64,000 bases of DNA from Planctomycetota bacterium (GTDB taxonomy: Bacteria; Planctomycetota; Planctomycetia; Pirellulales; UBA7805), in assembly GCA_036153155.1 (NCBI GenBank), contig JAYZMM010000132.1, forward strand, positions 136-64,135. The letters run 5' to 3'. Below, one piece after another: positions 28,144 through 38,518 of this stretch. The notes below the pieces were generated by a model that was given only the letters and a program-made list of their open reading frames with translations, searched no databases and had not been told where the DNA came from. Positions within the stretch are counted from its first letter, which is position 1. Each line of letters opens with the position of its first letter. Position numbers and translations under genes: made by a program.

Positions 28144-30891
28144 TCAATTTTCCAGCTGCTGAAGCAACCGCAATACCTTCTCAAGTTCCTTGGAAAATTG
28201 CGCATTGCCAGGTTGTTTCCGAATCAATTTGGAAAAAATTGTTTTCGCCTGCTCAAGATATTTGCCCGCTTCTTCAGGTTTTCCCGACTTGATCATTATT
28301 TGGCCCATAAGGATCACGGCAACGCCATGTTGGGCTTCAAAGTCATGATTGTCGGGATGTTGTTCACATATCAAATGCCACGTCTTCAGTGCGGTTTTGC
28401 ATTTGGTGGTTGCTTGTTCGTACCGGCCAAGATCGTCTAAGGCACTCGCCCAATTGACAAGGACATCCGCCCTTAAAGCATCATAAGCTCCGGTTGGATC
28501 ACTCATGGATGCGATCCGCGTGCTTGAGTGAAATGCTTTCTCATACCAAAGAACAGCAGTTTTTAGATCTTTCGACTCTACGTACGAATTTCCCAGGTCC
28601 CGGCAGGTTGCCACGAGTGGTCTGATCGTTTTTAAAGTCGCGGTGTGCTGCGGGGTCTCTACAATCTGCTCTAATTCCCGGTAAGAGGCCTCTAGATATT
28701 GTCGGTACCCTCGCGGATTACCATGCAGCCTTTCCCAGTCACCCCGGAATTTATAGCAACGTGACAAGCCGAAAAAAGCATCGTCAAGCGGTTGCGGCGT
28801 TTCAATTAACTGTTGGTAAGAGCGGATTGCCGCATCAAGATATTTTTGGGAAGGCGCCCATCTTTGTTGTTGAAGTGCGATCGATCCCATTTTTACAAAA
28901 TTATCAGCGGCTAGAAGTTGGATATCCGTTTTCGTTGGCAAAACCTCCAAAAGGTTGTCGAAGATTCCGGCTGCCTTCTGGAAATCCTTTGTGGCGCGAT
29001 CGAAATGATCAAGCCGCTGGTTCACAATGCCTAGCGAAAACCACGCGCGGGCTACTATCAGTTTGGAGCTAGGATGTGTGCCCGTGAGACTTAAACCGAC
29101 ACTTTGATCAACAAATGCATGGTTGGTTGTCAAATCTTCAATGAGAGTTCGTAATAATTTATTGGCAATTTCCAAATTTCCCAGCTCTGTCTCAATCCGA
29201 CCCATCTGCAAGCGTGCCGTTGCAATGAAGTATGAATCCGTGTCGCGTTTTTGGCTTGATTCCACCAGCCCAGAATAATATCGAAGAAACTCTTGCAATA
29301 ATTTTTTTTCAGTGATTGTTTTTGGTATGGCATATGGTGCATGTTCATCAACAAGGTCCTCCACTGCATTACCGACAAGTGACTCTGCTTGCTCCATGCG
29401 CTGAAACGATTGTGATTTTGAATTAGAAGCAAGAAAATATTGATAGGATAGAGCAACTGATCCGCCCACGATAAAAAGCGATGTCAAAGCAAATGCAACT
29501 AATTTACGTTGATTTAATTGCATCGATCGGAAGGATCTCTTGAACCCAATGCGTGGACGCGCGAGTATTTTCTTTCCTCTCTGATAACGCTCTAGGTCAT
29601 CCGCCAGGTCATCGGCGGTTTGATATCGAAGTGCAGGTTTTTTTTCCATGCACTTCATGCAAATGATCTCAAGCTCCCGGTCTACATTCGTATTCAATTG
29701 TCTAAGAGGGGCAGGATATTCCTCAATTAATTGTCGAAGTGTCTCCGAGGATCGGGCAGCAAAGAATGGCGGCTTGCCAGACAAAATGGCGTAGAGCGTG
29801 GCCCCGAGGCTGTAAATATCGCTCTGTTCAGAAGCCTCCATTGCATCCCTCGCCTGCTCGGGCGCCATAAAAGATGGAGTTCCAAGAGTTTCACCGATTG
29901 CCGTAATGCTTTTTCCCTTCTCCGAAATTTTGGCGAGCCCGAAATCGGCGACCAAAGCGCGATCTGTATCATCATCAATAAGGATATTGGCCGGTTTTAG
30001 ATCACGGTGAAGGATGCCACTTTTATGCGAGTAGCTGATCGCTCTCGTGACTTGTTCGATATATTTCGCGGCGAGCTGATTTTCGAGTGGCCGGCGTAGA
30101 GTCAGTCTTGCAAGACTTTTTCCACGAACATACTGCATGGAAAAGAAATGCCGCCCTTTATTTTCACTAACGTCAAAAACGCGTACGATATTCTCGTGCC
30201 GTAACTTAGCTGCCGCGCGAATTTCTTGCTGAAAGCGGTTTACCGCACCGGCAGAGGAAGCGTCGAGAATTCTGTTTTGTAAGATCTTGACTGCCACGAT
30301 TCGTGGATTGCTGATTTGTTTCGCCCGATAAACGATGCCCATACTGCCCTTACCGATTTCTTCCAGCAACTCAAAGTCAGCAAAATGTAACGGTAAGATG
30401 ATGCCTTCCTCACTCGGATCCTCTGGAGAAAGCGTTGCTCCGGGAGTATCTGAGATGTCCGAAGAATGAATCTCCAGGTAAGGAAGAATTTCCGCTTGTT
30501 GGAGATCAAGATTTGGAAACCTGGCTTGGCATGCTTCTTTACTTAGGGGCATCCCTTCTTGCATGCGAACAAAGCATTCTTGCTTTAAGATTCGCGCAAG
30601 TATTTCCGGTTCATTCAAACAGGGGAACAGATTTAAATAAGATTCAACCGAATGTGGTTGGTCGACAGTCTGATCGTTCTGCTTGTTGACGTCTTTCGGT
30701 TGATTAATGCGACCCTTCCACGCCAACTCAATCTCAATATGCACTAACTCCTCAAGCGTGCTGAGATAATGAGGATCACCTTCATCAGGCAGAAAGTCCT
30801 CGATCTTTCCCGGTTTGCCGCTGAGCAAGCGTTTTTCGAATTCCCTCCGAAGTTCCTCATCAATAGAGTCGGAGGATGGCAGAGGCTTCAT
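28144..30891 (-). CDS. Transmembrane Ser/Thr protein kinase with extracytoplasmic TPR-like domain
   Basis: G-loop GKGSMGIVYRAKQ, VAVK, HRDLKPANILID, DFGLAK, GTPSFMAPE. One TM (LVAFALTSLFIVGGSVALSY), then ~430 aa of helical repeats. ATG 30891 shares a base with the sigma-factor stop. Confidence 0.88.
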   Translation of the reverse strand: MKPLPSSDSIDEELRREFEKRLLSGKPGKIEDFLPDEGDPHYLSTLEELVHIEIELAWKGRINQPKDVNKQNDQTVDQPHSVESYLNLFPCLNEPEILARILKQECFVRMQEGMPLSKEACQARFPNLDLQQAEILPYLEIHSSDISDTPGATLSPEDPSEEGIILPLHFADFELLEEIGKGSMGIVYRAKQISNPRIVAVKILQNRILDASSAGAVNRFQQEIRAAAKLRHENIVRVFDVSENKGRHFFSMQYVRGKSLARLTLRRPLENQLAAKYIEQVTRAISYSHKSGILHRDLKPANILIDDDTDRALVADFGLAKISEKGKSITAIGETLGTPSFMAPEQARDAMEASEQSDIYSLGATLYAILSGKPPFFAARSSETLRQLIEEYPAPLRQLNTNVDRELEIICMKCMEKKPALRYQTADDLADDLERYQRGKKILARPRIGFKRSFRSMQLNQRKLVAFALTSLFIVGGSVALSYQYFLASNSKSQSFQRMEQAESLVGNAVEDLVDEHAPYAIPKTITEKKLLQEFLRYYSGLVESSQKRDTDSYFIATARLQMGRIETELGNLEIANKLLRTLIEDLTTNHAFVDQSVGLSLTGTHPSSKLIVARAWFSLGIVNQRLDHFDRATKDFQKAAGIFDNLLEVLPTKTDIQLLAADNFVKMGSIALQQQRWAPSQKYLDAAIRSYQQLIETPQPLDDAFFGLSRCYKFRGDWERLHGNPRGYRQYLEASYRELEQIVETPQHTATLKTIRPLVATCRDLGNSYVESKDLKTAVLWYEKAFHSSTRIASMSDPTGAYDALRADVLVNWASALDDLGRYEQATTKCKTALKTWHLICEQHPDNHDFEAQHGVAVILMGQIMIKSGKPEEAGKYLEQAKTIFSKLIRKQPGNAQFSKELEKVLRLLQQLEN

Positions 30892-31487
30892 CAGGTCCCG
30901 GTTTCCAACAGACTTTGTTTCCAGCGAGATTGTACTCTGCCAATAATTCGGCGTACCGTACGCTCTGAGCACTTAAGTTGCTGAGCCACCTCATTATTTG
31001 TGTGCTGCTCCAGCTTTAAGATGACTGCCGTACGTTCCTCCTCATCCAAAACCCCGAGCAATTGCTCTAATTGATCCGCAAACTCAATTGACTCTGCCGG
31101 GGTTGGTTCGGCCGAGATGACGTGTCCCACCCGCGACATCGCTTGGTCTGTTTTCTGGTGTCGCTCCAGATTCATCGCCCGTTTTTGGCGGCCATGATAA
31201 CGTGCCTGTTGACGGACCTTGGTCAGTGTTATAGCACAAAGCAAGCGCCAAAGGCTTTCAGCATCGGCGAACTCAAATTGTCCATCTTGAGCACGACGTA
31301 GAAAGGTACGGCATGCAGATTGAACTACGTCTTCAGCACCTACACGCCGTCTGAGACCAGAAGAAAGGTGCTGAGAAGCCAAACGTTGCAGTCGCTCTCC
31401 GTAGAGATTCCAGAACTCGTGTTCAGCTTCGGCGTTGCCCTCAGCAAGTTGCACCATCCAGCTGTGCCATTCTTGATCGTTTTTCAT
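30891..31487 (-). CDS. ECF-type RNA polymerase sigma factor (kinase-associated type)
   Basis: Sigma2 region (YGERLQRLASQHL...EDVVQSACRTFL) and sigma4 HTH (NNEVAQQLKCSERTVRRIIGR). 198 aa. No adjacent anti-sigma ORF. Confidence 0.85.
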   Translation of the reverse strand: MKNDQEWHSWMVQLAEGNAEAEHEFWNLYGERLQRLASQHLSSGLRRRVGAEDVVQSACRTFLRRAQDGQFEFADAESLWRLLCAITLTKVRQQARYHGRQKRAMNLERHQKTDQAMSRVGHVISAEPTPAESIEFADQLEQLLGVLDEEERTAVILKLEQHTNNEVAQQLKCSERTVRRIIGRVQSRWKQSLLETGT

Positions 31488-31502
31488 TGTCCAGCTCTAC
31501 TG

Positions 31503-31528
31503 GGATACGGTGGATACTCATCGTATCC
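31503..31528 (-). promoter_or_regulatory. Inverted repeat GGATACG-N12-CGTATCC in the ECF sigma leader
   Basis: Arms at 31503-31509 and 31522-31528. A third GGATAC copy (31512-31517) sits in the loop. The repeat ends 15 nt from the sigma ATG (31487). Confidence 0.45.
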
Positions 31529-31628
31529 TACCCCAATAAGCCAGTCGATTCAAACTAAAAGAAAGGCGTCAAAACCTAGACTCGATTCGCAAGGAATTAT
31601 CCGATTGCTGTCGATCCAGGATCCATTC

Positions 31629-34196
31629 CTATTGGTCTGATTTATTCGGCGATTCTGAATCTTCTCCGGTAGCCGCTCCCACCGGTTCTTCACCATCACT
31701 GGTTTCAACCAAATCGGAAGTAAAATCAAGGCGTTTGATTTTCCCGTCATCGTCTTTGGCGGCGTCAACAACGATGCGATTTTTACCTTCAAATTCGCCT
31801 TTGAGGAGTTCTTCGGAAAGGGGGTCCTCAACATAGTTTTCAATCGCTCTTCGGAGTGGCCTCGCTCCGTAGTCAAGGTTGGATCCCTTTTTAATAATGA
31901 ATGACTTCGCGTCATCTGTAAGCACCAATTGAAATCCGCGATCTAATAATCGCTCACGAACTTTGGAAAGCTCCAAATCAATGACCTCTTTAAGATCTTC
32001 GGACGTAAGATGACGAAATATAATTACATCATCAACGCGATTTAAAAACTCTGGTCGGAATACCTTTTCAATTTCCTCGCCCACGCGTTCTTTCATTGCA
32101 TCGTAGGAAGCATCATCGTCGGGCTTCTGGAAACCTAGAGAGGACTCATTTTTGATCGCATCCGCACCTGCATTAGTGGTCATGATGAGGATCGTATTAC
32201 GGAAGTCTACATTCCGGCCAAAGCTGTCCGTCAGTCGCCCCTCTTCCATCACCTGAAGCAGCATATGAAATACGTCCGGGTGGGCCTTTTCGATTTCATC
32301 AAGCAAAACAACCGCGTAGGGTCGCCGCCTGATTTTTTCAGTCAGTTGACCACCTTCTTCAAAACCGACGTAGCCAGGAGGTGCGCCAACAAGACGGCTT
32401 ACATTGTGCTTCTCCATATACTCGCTCATGTCGACTTGGATCAGGGCATCACCATCACCGAACATAAATTGAGCGAGTGCTTTGGCAAGCAGTGTTTTGC
32501 CGACGCCAGTTGGCCCGGCAAAAATAAAGCACCCCGTGGGCCGCTTGGGGTCTTTCAGTCCACTCCGACTTCGTCGCACCGCCTTTGATATCGCTGTGAC
32601 TGCTTCGTTTTGGCTGATAACACGCGCGTGCAATTCTTTTTCCATTTGCATTAAACGCATGCTGTCTTCAGTTGTCATTCGCGTCAACGGAATTCCCGTC
32701 ATTTTCGACACGACTTCAGCAATGACATCCTCGTCAACGACACCGTCCGTCTCACGCGATTTTTCTCGCCATTCGCGCGTAATCGTCTCTTTTTTCTTTT
32801 TGAGCTTATCGGCCGTGTCCCGCAGCTTGGCTGCCTTTTCAAAATCTTGATTTGCAACAGCCTCTTCTTTTTCCTTATTCAGTTTCTCAACTTCCTCATC
32901 AATCTCTTTTAAATCTGGGGGTCGGGTCATGGCCTTTAAACGAACCCGTGCACCCGCTTCGTCAATCACGTCGATCGCTTTATCCGGAAGGCATCTTCCC
33001 GTGATATAACGATCAGACAATTCGACAGCTGATACGATAGCATCATCCGTGATTTGAACTCGGTGATGCTTTTCATAGCGATCTCGCAAGCCCTTGAGGA
33101 TTTCGACCGTTTCCGAAGCATTGGAGGGTTCCACCATCACTACTTGGAATCTACGGTCAAGCGCGCTGTCTTTTTCAATGTACTTCCGATATTCGTCTAG
33201 AGTGGTCGCACCGATGCACTGGATTTCGCCGCGTGCAAGTGCCGGCTTTAACACATTTGATGCGTCAATCGCACCCTCTGCACCGCCTGCACCAACGAGG
33301 GTGTGGAGTTCATCAATAAAAAGGATAGTATCCTTGGTTCGCCGTACCTCGTTCATGACGGCTTTAATTCTTTCCTCAAACTGCCCCCGATACTTTGTGC
33401 CTGCCACCATCATGGCAAGGTCTAAAACAACGATTCGACGGTCACACAATAACTCGGGCACATTGCCCTCAACAACTCGCTGCGCAAATCCTTCTACAAT
33501 CGCTGTTTTTCCAACACCTGCCTCACCGAGCAACACCGGATTGTTCTTCGTGCGCCGACACAAAATCTGAATTGCGCGTTCAATTTCACGTTCTCGTCCT
33601 ATCACGGGATCCAGCTTTTTTTGCTCAGCTAGTGCAGTAAGGTCGCGACCAAAGCTGTCGAGCGCGGGTGTTTTTGATTTGCCACTTTTGCCACCACCAC
33701 TTTGCGGGCCGCCTCCGCGTTCACCACCGCCACGTTCAGCCACCTCGCCGGTCTCAAGGCCATGGCCGAGCAGGTTAAGCACTTCCTCTCGCACCTCTTC
33801 AAGTTTCAATCCAAGGTTCATTAGCACTTGTGCCGCAACACCTTCCTGCTCGCGAAGCAGTCCGAGCAGAATGTGCTCGGTGCCGACATAGTTGTGGTTT
33901 AGATTTCGCGCTTCCTCCATCGAATACTCGATTACTTTTTTGGCTCGTGGCGTTTGCGGCAACTTACCCATGGTGACCATGTCGGGCCCGCTCTGCACAA
34001 GCTTCTCGACCTCCAGACGAATTTTTCTTAGGTCTACATCCAAGTTTTTCAGCACGTTTGCGGCGACACCGCTGCCTTCCTTGATGAGGCCCAAAAGAAT
34101 ATGCTCCGTGCCGATGTATTCATGATTGAATCGCTGCGCTTCCTGGTTCGCCAGTTGCATGACTTTCCGCGCGCGATCTGTGAATCTTTCGTACAT
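31629..34196 (-). CDS. clpC: ATP-dependent Clp protease ATP-binding subunit ClpC
   Basis: Duplicated Clp_N repeats (GTEHILLGL twice). Walker A motifs GEAGVGKT and [11 protein letters not shown]-like linker between them, and a Gly-rich spacer after the N-domain. Confidence 0.92.
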   Translation of the reverse strand: MYERFTDRARKVMQLANQEAQRFNHEYIGTEHILLGLIKEGSGVAANVLKNLDVDLRKIRLEVEKLVQSGPDMVTMGKLPQTPRAKKVIEYSMEEARNLNHNYVGTEHILLGLLREQEGVAAQVLMNLGLKLEEVREEVLNLLGHGLETGEVAERGGGERGGGPQSGGGKSGKSKTPALDSFGRDLTALAEQKKLDPVIGREREIERAIQILCRRTKNNPVLLGEAGVGKTAIVEGFAQRVVEGNVPELLCDRRIVVLDLAMMVAGTKYRGQFEERIKAVMNEVRRTKDTILFIDELHTLVGAGGAEGAIDASNVLKPALARGEIQCIGATTLDEYRKYIEKDSALDRRFQVVMVEPSNASETVEILKGLRDRYEKHHRVQITDDAIVSAVELSDRYITGRCLPDKAIDVIDEAGARVRLKAMTRPPDLKEIDEEVEKLNKEKEEAVANQDFEKAAKLRDTADKLKKKKETITREWREKSRETDGVVDEDVIAEVVSKMTGIPLTRMTTEDSMRLMQMEKELHARVISQNEAVTAISKAVRRSRSGLKDPKRPTGCFIFAGPTGVGKTLLAKALAQFMFGDGDALIQVDMSEYMEKHNVSRLVGAPPGYVGFEEGGQLTEKIRRRPYAVVLLDEIEKAHPDVFHMLLQVMEEGRLTDSFGRNVDFRNTILIMTTNAGADAIKNESSLGFQKPDDDASYDAMKERVGEEIEKVFRPEFLNRVDDVIIFRHLTSEDLKEVIDLELSKVRERLLDRGFQLVLTDDAKSFIIKKGSNLDYGARPLRRAIENYVEDPLSEELLKGEFEGKNRIVVDAAKDDDGKIKRLDFTSDLVETSDGEEPVGAATGEDSESPNKSDQ

Positions 34197-34510
34197 GTTC
34201 TATTCTCCGTCTACAACACAAAGTAATTGTTTGTGTGTGGGGCTCTAAAGCCTATTTAAAGCAATGCCAAAAAGTGGACCAACAAGCATTTCTAAAAGCA
34301 CACCGGACGCAGCGAGGCGACTGGATCTCGAGAAATTCTAGCCTTCCTCTGGTCATGGATCAAGGCAACTCTTTTTCACAAATGCCTTGTATCAGCGGTT
34401 TATGTCATTCATTGCGGGACTTACATCATGCATTCGGTCCAGCGTCATCTGAAGAGCGTAAACCGAGGCGGTGGTGAGAGAATTTTGTGGCCACCCACGT
34501 CACGCCGGAC

Positions 34511-34543
34511 AGTTGATAAAAATAGTTGAAAAATGGCAGTTGA
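34511..34543. repeat. Three direct AGTTGA hexamers spaced 13 and 14 bp
   Basis: Copies at 34511-34516, 34524-34529 and 34538-34543, in the clpC/thiE divergent spacer. Confidence 0.85.
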
Positions 34544-34666
34544 CCATTGAGGGGCCTAGTCGCGGAACTCACATTGATCACACTTAATTTTAATGCATCT
34601 TAAGGTGAGTCTGCCTCTCTTTCCATCGCTTCACGATGGCAAAACCCACAATGTAATGGTGCCAAA

Positions 34667-35749
34667 GTGTCAGATCCAAAAATCAACCGCCTGCTCGACG
34701 CAGCCTCGAATCGCGCTAGCGAAGCGGTTCGTGTGGTGGAGGATATTGTGCGCTTTATTTTTGACGACCATATTTTGACCGAACATTGGAAGGTGTTTCG
34801 TCACAATCTGAGTTCCGTATTGCAGGCGTTTCCAGTTGAACTGCGACTCGCTTTTCGCCAGACGGATGCCGATGTCGGTTCATCCATTACCCTCGGCAGT
34901 GAGGTTAGACGGAGCGATGTGGATGAACTGCTTGCGGCAAACATAGCTCGCCTGCAACAATCGCTTCGCAGTCTGGAGGAAGCCGCCAAATTGATTGATA
35001 TTTCTGCAGCGCAAAAGATCGAAGGCCTTCGCTACCGAAGCTATAAGCTTGCTGCTGCAAGTCAGGCCCTAGAGGCAAGCATACAACGATTACAACACGT
35101 TAACGTTTGTGCGCTGATCGGTGGTGACGATCCCGTAGAACAGGGATCACAATTGATTGATTTACTTTTGTCGGCGGAAGTCGGTGCGATACAACTTCGT
35201 GTAAAAGGGATGGATGACGCGGAACTCCTTACTCGGGCACGAATGTTGGTGGAAAAAACTCGGGGCAGTAAAACCTTAGTTATTATTAATGATCGACCCG
35301 ATATTGCAGTCCTTTCAGGTGCGGACGGTGTGCACGTTGGGCAAGATGATCTAAGCGCAAAAGATGCTCGTCAAGTTGTAGGGCCGCATCGACTTGTCGG
35401 TGTTTCCACTCACAATTACGAGCAGTTAAAGGAAGCCGTATTGGATGGTGCGAATTACGTTGGAATCGGTCCTGTGTTTGAATCAAGGACGAAGCAATTC
35501 ACAAGTTTTGGTGGGATTTCCCTTCTCGAGCAAGTTGCAAATCAAACAGCGATTCCAGTTTTTGCGATTGGCGGTATCGATCTTGAAAATGTCGATGCCG
35601 TTATCGAGGCGGGTGTGACTCGGGTGGCCGTCGCCTCAGCTATTACAGCGGCCACAGATCCCGAATATGTAATTGCCACTCTTCATCAACGACTTGATCG
35701 GGCAACGTCTCAGAACGAATCCGCAAGTAAGAATATATCTTCGGGTTGA
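34667..35749 (+). CDS. thiE: Thiamine-phosphate synthase with ~140-aa N-terminal extension
   Basis: C-terminal TMP-TENI motifs (GADGVHVGQDDL, VGVSTHN, ANYVGIGPVFESRTK, PVFAIGGI). The N-terminal helical domain begins RLLDAASNRASEAVRVVEDIVRF. GTG start. Confidence 0.85.
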   Translation: MSDPKINRLLDAASNRASEAVRVVEDIVRFIFDDHILTEHWKVFRHNLSSVLQAFPVELRLAFRQTDADVGSSITLGSEVRRSDVDELLAANIARLQQSLRSLEEAAKLIDISAAQKIEGLRYRSYKLAAASQALEASIQRLQHVNVCALIGGDDPVEQGSQLIDLLLSAEVGAIQLRVKGMDDAELLTRARMLVEKTRGSKTLVIINDRPDIAVLSGADGVHVGQDDLSAKDARQVVGPHRLVGVSTHNYEQLKEAVLDGANYVGIGPVFESRTKQFTSFGGISLLEQVANQTAIPVFAIGGIDLENVDAVIEAGVTRVAVASAITAATDPEYVIATLHQRLDRATSQNESASKNISSG

Positions 35750-35779
35750 ACCGGGGCACTGGGGCATCGATGGGTCAGG

Positions 35780-36004
35780 TCATTGACGCATTGCTTGTCT
35801 TATTGCAGTCATGGCCTCGGGGTATTGTCGCAGAGATCGCACGACTTCCGAACGAAGATACCGTGGAGGTTCACTCGGATCAGCGTCTGCAGATGTGGTA
35901 GTGGGTGGCAAGAGTCCCTGGTCGCGAAAGGAAAGAACTAGCGATTCGGGGATTTTGAGCGCCTCGGCCAATTGTGTTGTCGTCAGTGGAGGTTCTTGCG
36001 ACAT
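35780..36004 (-). CDS. Small putative helix-turn-helix protein (74 aa)
   Basis: LTTTQLAEALKIPESLVLSFRDQGLL resembles an excisionase/MerR-type HTH. An opposite-strand ORF of equal length also exists, so the coding-strand call is tentative. Confidence 0.4.
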   Translation of the reverse strand: MSQEPPLTTTQLAEALKIPESLVLSFRDQGLLPPTTTSADADPSEPPRYLRSEVVRSLRQYPEAMTAIRQAMRQ

Positions 36005-36110
36005 TAATTTGCTTATTAAATTTTGGGAAAATTAGCCTCGTCACTAGACCACCGCCTCGTTTGGGAAGCAGTCATGATGCTGCTTTCAAATCTCAAGCCA
36101 GGAGGTCGCG

Positions 36111-38309
36111 TTAGCGGGCACTCATGTCACAACTCAAGCCACCGGCAGCCGGCACATAAGCACTGCGGCAGTAATCCATCACCATGCGATGGGCACTAAA
36201 CCGCCATGCGAGCGAGCCAATTGAATTCATCATCATAGAAATCCATTGCCGTGGTAATCCATGGTCGTCACGGTCGTAGAAGATAGGTATCACTTGATTG
36301 ACAAGCACATCGTAAAGGGCATCGGCATCCCTTCGATCAGTCTCTTCACTTGAGGAATGGGAGCGACCATTGCCAATTGCGAAGCCGTTAACTCCGTCGT
36401 ATGCCTCGGCCCACCAGCCATCAAGAATGGAGCAATTCAGCCCCCCGTTTAGAACAACCTTTTGTCCACTTGTGCCCGAGGCTTCCAACGGGCGTCGTGG
36501 ATTGTTTAACCATACATCAACACCCTGCACGAGATGACGGGCAACATTAATGTCGTAATCTTCAACAAATACGACACGGCCCGCAACCTGAGGATCATGA
36601 CGCAGGTTAGCAATTTGCTGGATTAATTTTTTGCCAGGCTCATCGGCCGGATGCGCTTTTCCGGAAAAAATAAATTGAATCGGTCGATCACCATCCGCAA
36701 TCATTTCATGGATTTTTTCAATATCCCACATAAACATGTTAGCACGTTTGTAGGTTGCAAACCGTCTTGCAAACCCAATAGTCAGCACGTTCGGATCGAG
36801 GACGTGCCTTGCAGCCTCAACCACTTCGTCAGCCTCCCCGCGACGACGACACTGGCGACTCATGCGTCGGCGTACGAAGGTCAGCATCAAATTTTTCAAT
36901 GCATAGTGCGTCTCCCATAGTTCACCAGGATCAACATGGTAGATGCTTTGCCATACTTCTGGTTCACCCATTCGCCGCGCCCAACCTGCTGGAAAATAAC
37001 GGTCATAGAGTTGCAGCATCTGGTAGGCCAGAAAAGAAGGAATGTGAATACCGTTCGTAATATGGCCAATTGGAATCTCTTCCTCGACTCTCCAGGGCCA
37101 CAAATGAGCCCACATCCTACGACTAACCTGGCCATGCAGCGCGCTGACAGCATTGGCGCGTCGAGAAAGTTTCAGCGCGAGAACCGTCATACAGAAAGAC
37201 TCTTCTCCATTTTGCGGGTCGACTCGGCCTAAGCCCATCAGCTGTTCAAGTGAAATACCAAGCGATTCACGTAAAGGCCCGAGGTGTTCCTCGACAAGCT
37301 CTGTTTCAAATCGATCGTGGCCAGCCGGAACTGGTGTATGTGTTGTGAAAACAGCTCGCTGGGCCACCTCACGAAGGGCACCGTCAAAGTCGAGACCGTC
37401 TTCATGCATGAAATCGCGAATTGCCTCAAGTGCTGCGAATGCGCTGTGTCCCTCATTCATGTGATATACACTCGGAGAAATGCCGAGTGCTTTCAGTGCC
37501 CGCACGCCACCCACACCCAGCACAAGCTCTTGGCGAATTCTCGTTCGAGTATCTCCTCCGTAGAGTCGAGCGGTGAGCTTTCGATCCTCAGGTTTGTTCC
37601 CCTCCACATCGCAATCAAGTAGATACAAATCTACTCGCCCCACATGCATCAGCCAAACTTTTGCATAAAGCTTTCCATCTCGCGTATCAATTTCAATGGT
37701 GATCGGTGCGCCCTGTTTATCAACCGCTGGTTCCATTGGAAGGCTATCAACGCGTGTATCCTGATATTCTTCGACCTGATAGCCATCTTCATCGAGTCTT
37801 TGACGAAAATAGCCTTGGTCGTAAAAGAGACCAAGTGCAACGAGCGGAATACCGAGTCCGCTGGCACTTTTAACATGGTCTCCTGAGAGCACACCCAGAC
37901 CGCCGGAGTAAATGGGGACCGATTCGTGGATTCCGAATTCGGCCGAAAAATAGGCAACTGGCCGAACTCCCAAAATGCCCGCGTTAGTCGAACCCCAGGT
38001 TTGATTATTCGTCAGATACTCTTTTAGTCTGCGATAGGCCTGATTGATCCGGCTATATAGGACAAGTTCATTGGCCCGGGCTTCCAATCGCTCTGGAGTA
38101 AATTCTGCAAGCAACGCAATAGGATTATGATCAAGTTGTCTCCAGCGTATTGGATCAAGGTCGCGAAAGAGATTAACCACTTCCGAATGCCATGACCACC
38201 ACAGGTTGCGTGCAACGGCCATGCATTTCTCGTATAGCGATTCGGCGGACAATTCCGATTCCAGTGTGAGCGGATTGGATTCGGACGTGGATTCTTCGAT
38301 CTGACTCAT
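36111..38309 (-). CDS. glgP: Alpha-glucan phosphorylase (GT35, glycogen/maltodextrin phosphorylase family)
   Basis: AYFSAEFG, GGLGVLSGD and the PLP-Lys region EASGTSGQKVVLNGGLNCSILDGWW. 732 aa. Confidence 0.88.
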   Translation of the reverse strand: MSQIEESTSESNPLTLESELSAESLYEKCMAVARNLWWSWHSEVVNLFRDLDPIRWRQLDHNPIALLAEFTPERLEARANELVLYSRINQAYRRLKEYLTNNQTWGSTNAGILGVRPVAYFSAEFGIHESVPIYSGGLGVLSGDHVKSASGLGIPLVALGLFYDQGYFRQRLDEDGYQVEEYQDTRVDSLPMEPAVDKQGAPITIEIDTRDGKLYAKVWLMHVGRVDLYLLDCDVEGNKPEDRKLTARLYGGDTRTRIRQELVLGVGGVRALKALGISPSVYHMNEGHSAFAALEAIRDFMHEDGLDFDGALREVAQRAVFTTHTPVPAGHDRFETELVEEHLGPLRESLGISLEQLMGLGRVDPQNGEESFCMTVLALKLSRRANAVSALHGQVSRRMWAHLWPWRVEEEIPIGHITNGIHIPSFLAYQMLQLYDRYFPAGWARRMGEPEVWQSIYHVDPGELWETHYALKNLMLTFVRRRMSRQCRRRGEADEVVEAARHVLDPNVLTIGFARRFATYKRANMFMWDIEKIHEMIADGDRPIQFIFSGKAHPADEPGKKLIQQIANLRHDPQVAGRVVFVEDYDINVARHLVQGVDVWLNNPRRPLEASGTSGQKVVLNGGLNCSILDGWWAEAYDGVNGFAIGNGRSHSSSEETDRRDADALYDVLVNQVIPIFYDRDDHGLPRQWISMMMNSIGSLAWRFSAHRMVMDYCRSAYVPAAGGLSCDMSAR

Positions 38310-38518
38310 GGCATGCTTTTCTATGACTGGTGAAGATATGCGAGTAAACGCAGGTATAGTCCGGCATTATACAGCTTGTCAAATGCTGGAAAACACCCTG
38401 AAGACCAGCAGTACGGGAAGCGCTGTATTGGTTGTTGAGTTGCCCGGCCACGTTCGGGCCGTTAAGCTGAATCAATTGTGGATTTCTACTTAAAGGCCCT
38501 GCAATTTGCGGGACAAGC

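Noticed and set aside
33094-33570. 158-codon plus-strand ORF (with several neighbours) inside clpC
   Set aside because: It is antisense to an unmistakable ClpC reading frame. The Ser/Pro/Arg-rich translation is typical of shadow frames.
34440-34560. Possible TPP riboswitch upstream of thiE (GGTGAGAG ... CCACCCAC)
   Set aside because: It lacks the conserved CUGAGA and ACCUGAUCUGGAUAAUGCCAGCG cores. Only a loose resemblance to the first helix.
35811-36035. 74-codon plus-strand ORF opposite the small HTH ORF
   Set aside because: The Gly/Ser/Arg-rich product has no motif. The minus-strand frame has an HTH-like segment, so I preferred it, though neither is certain.
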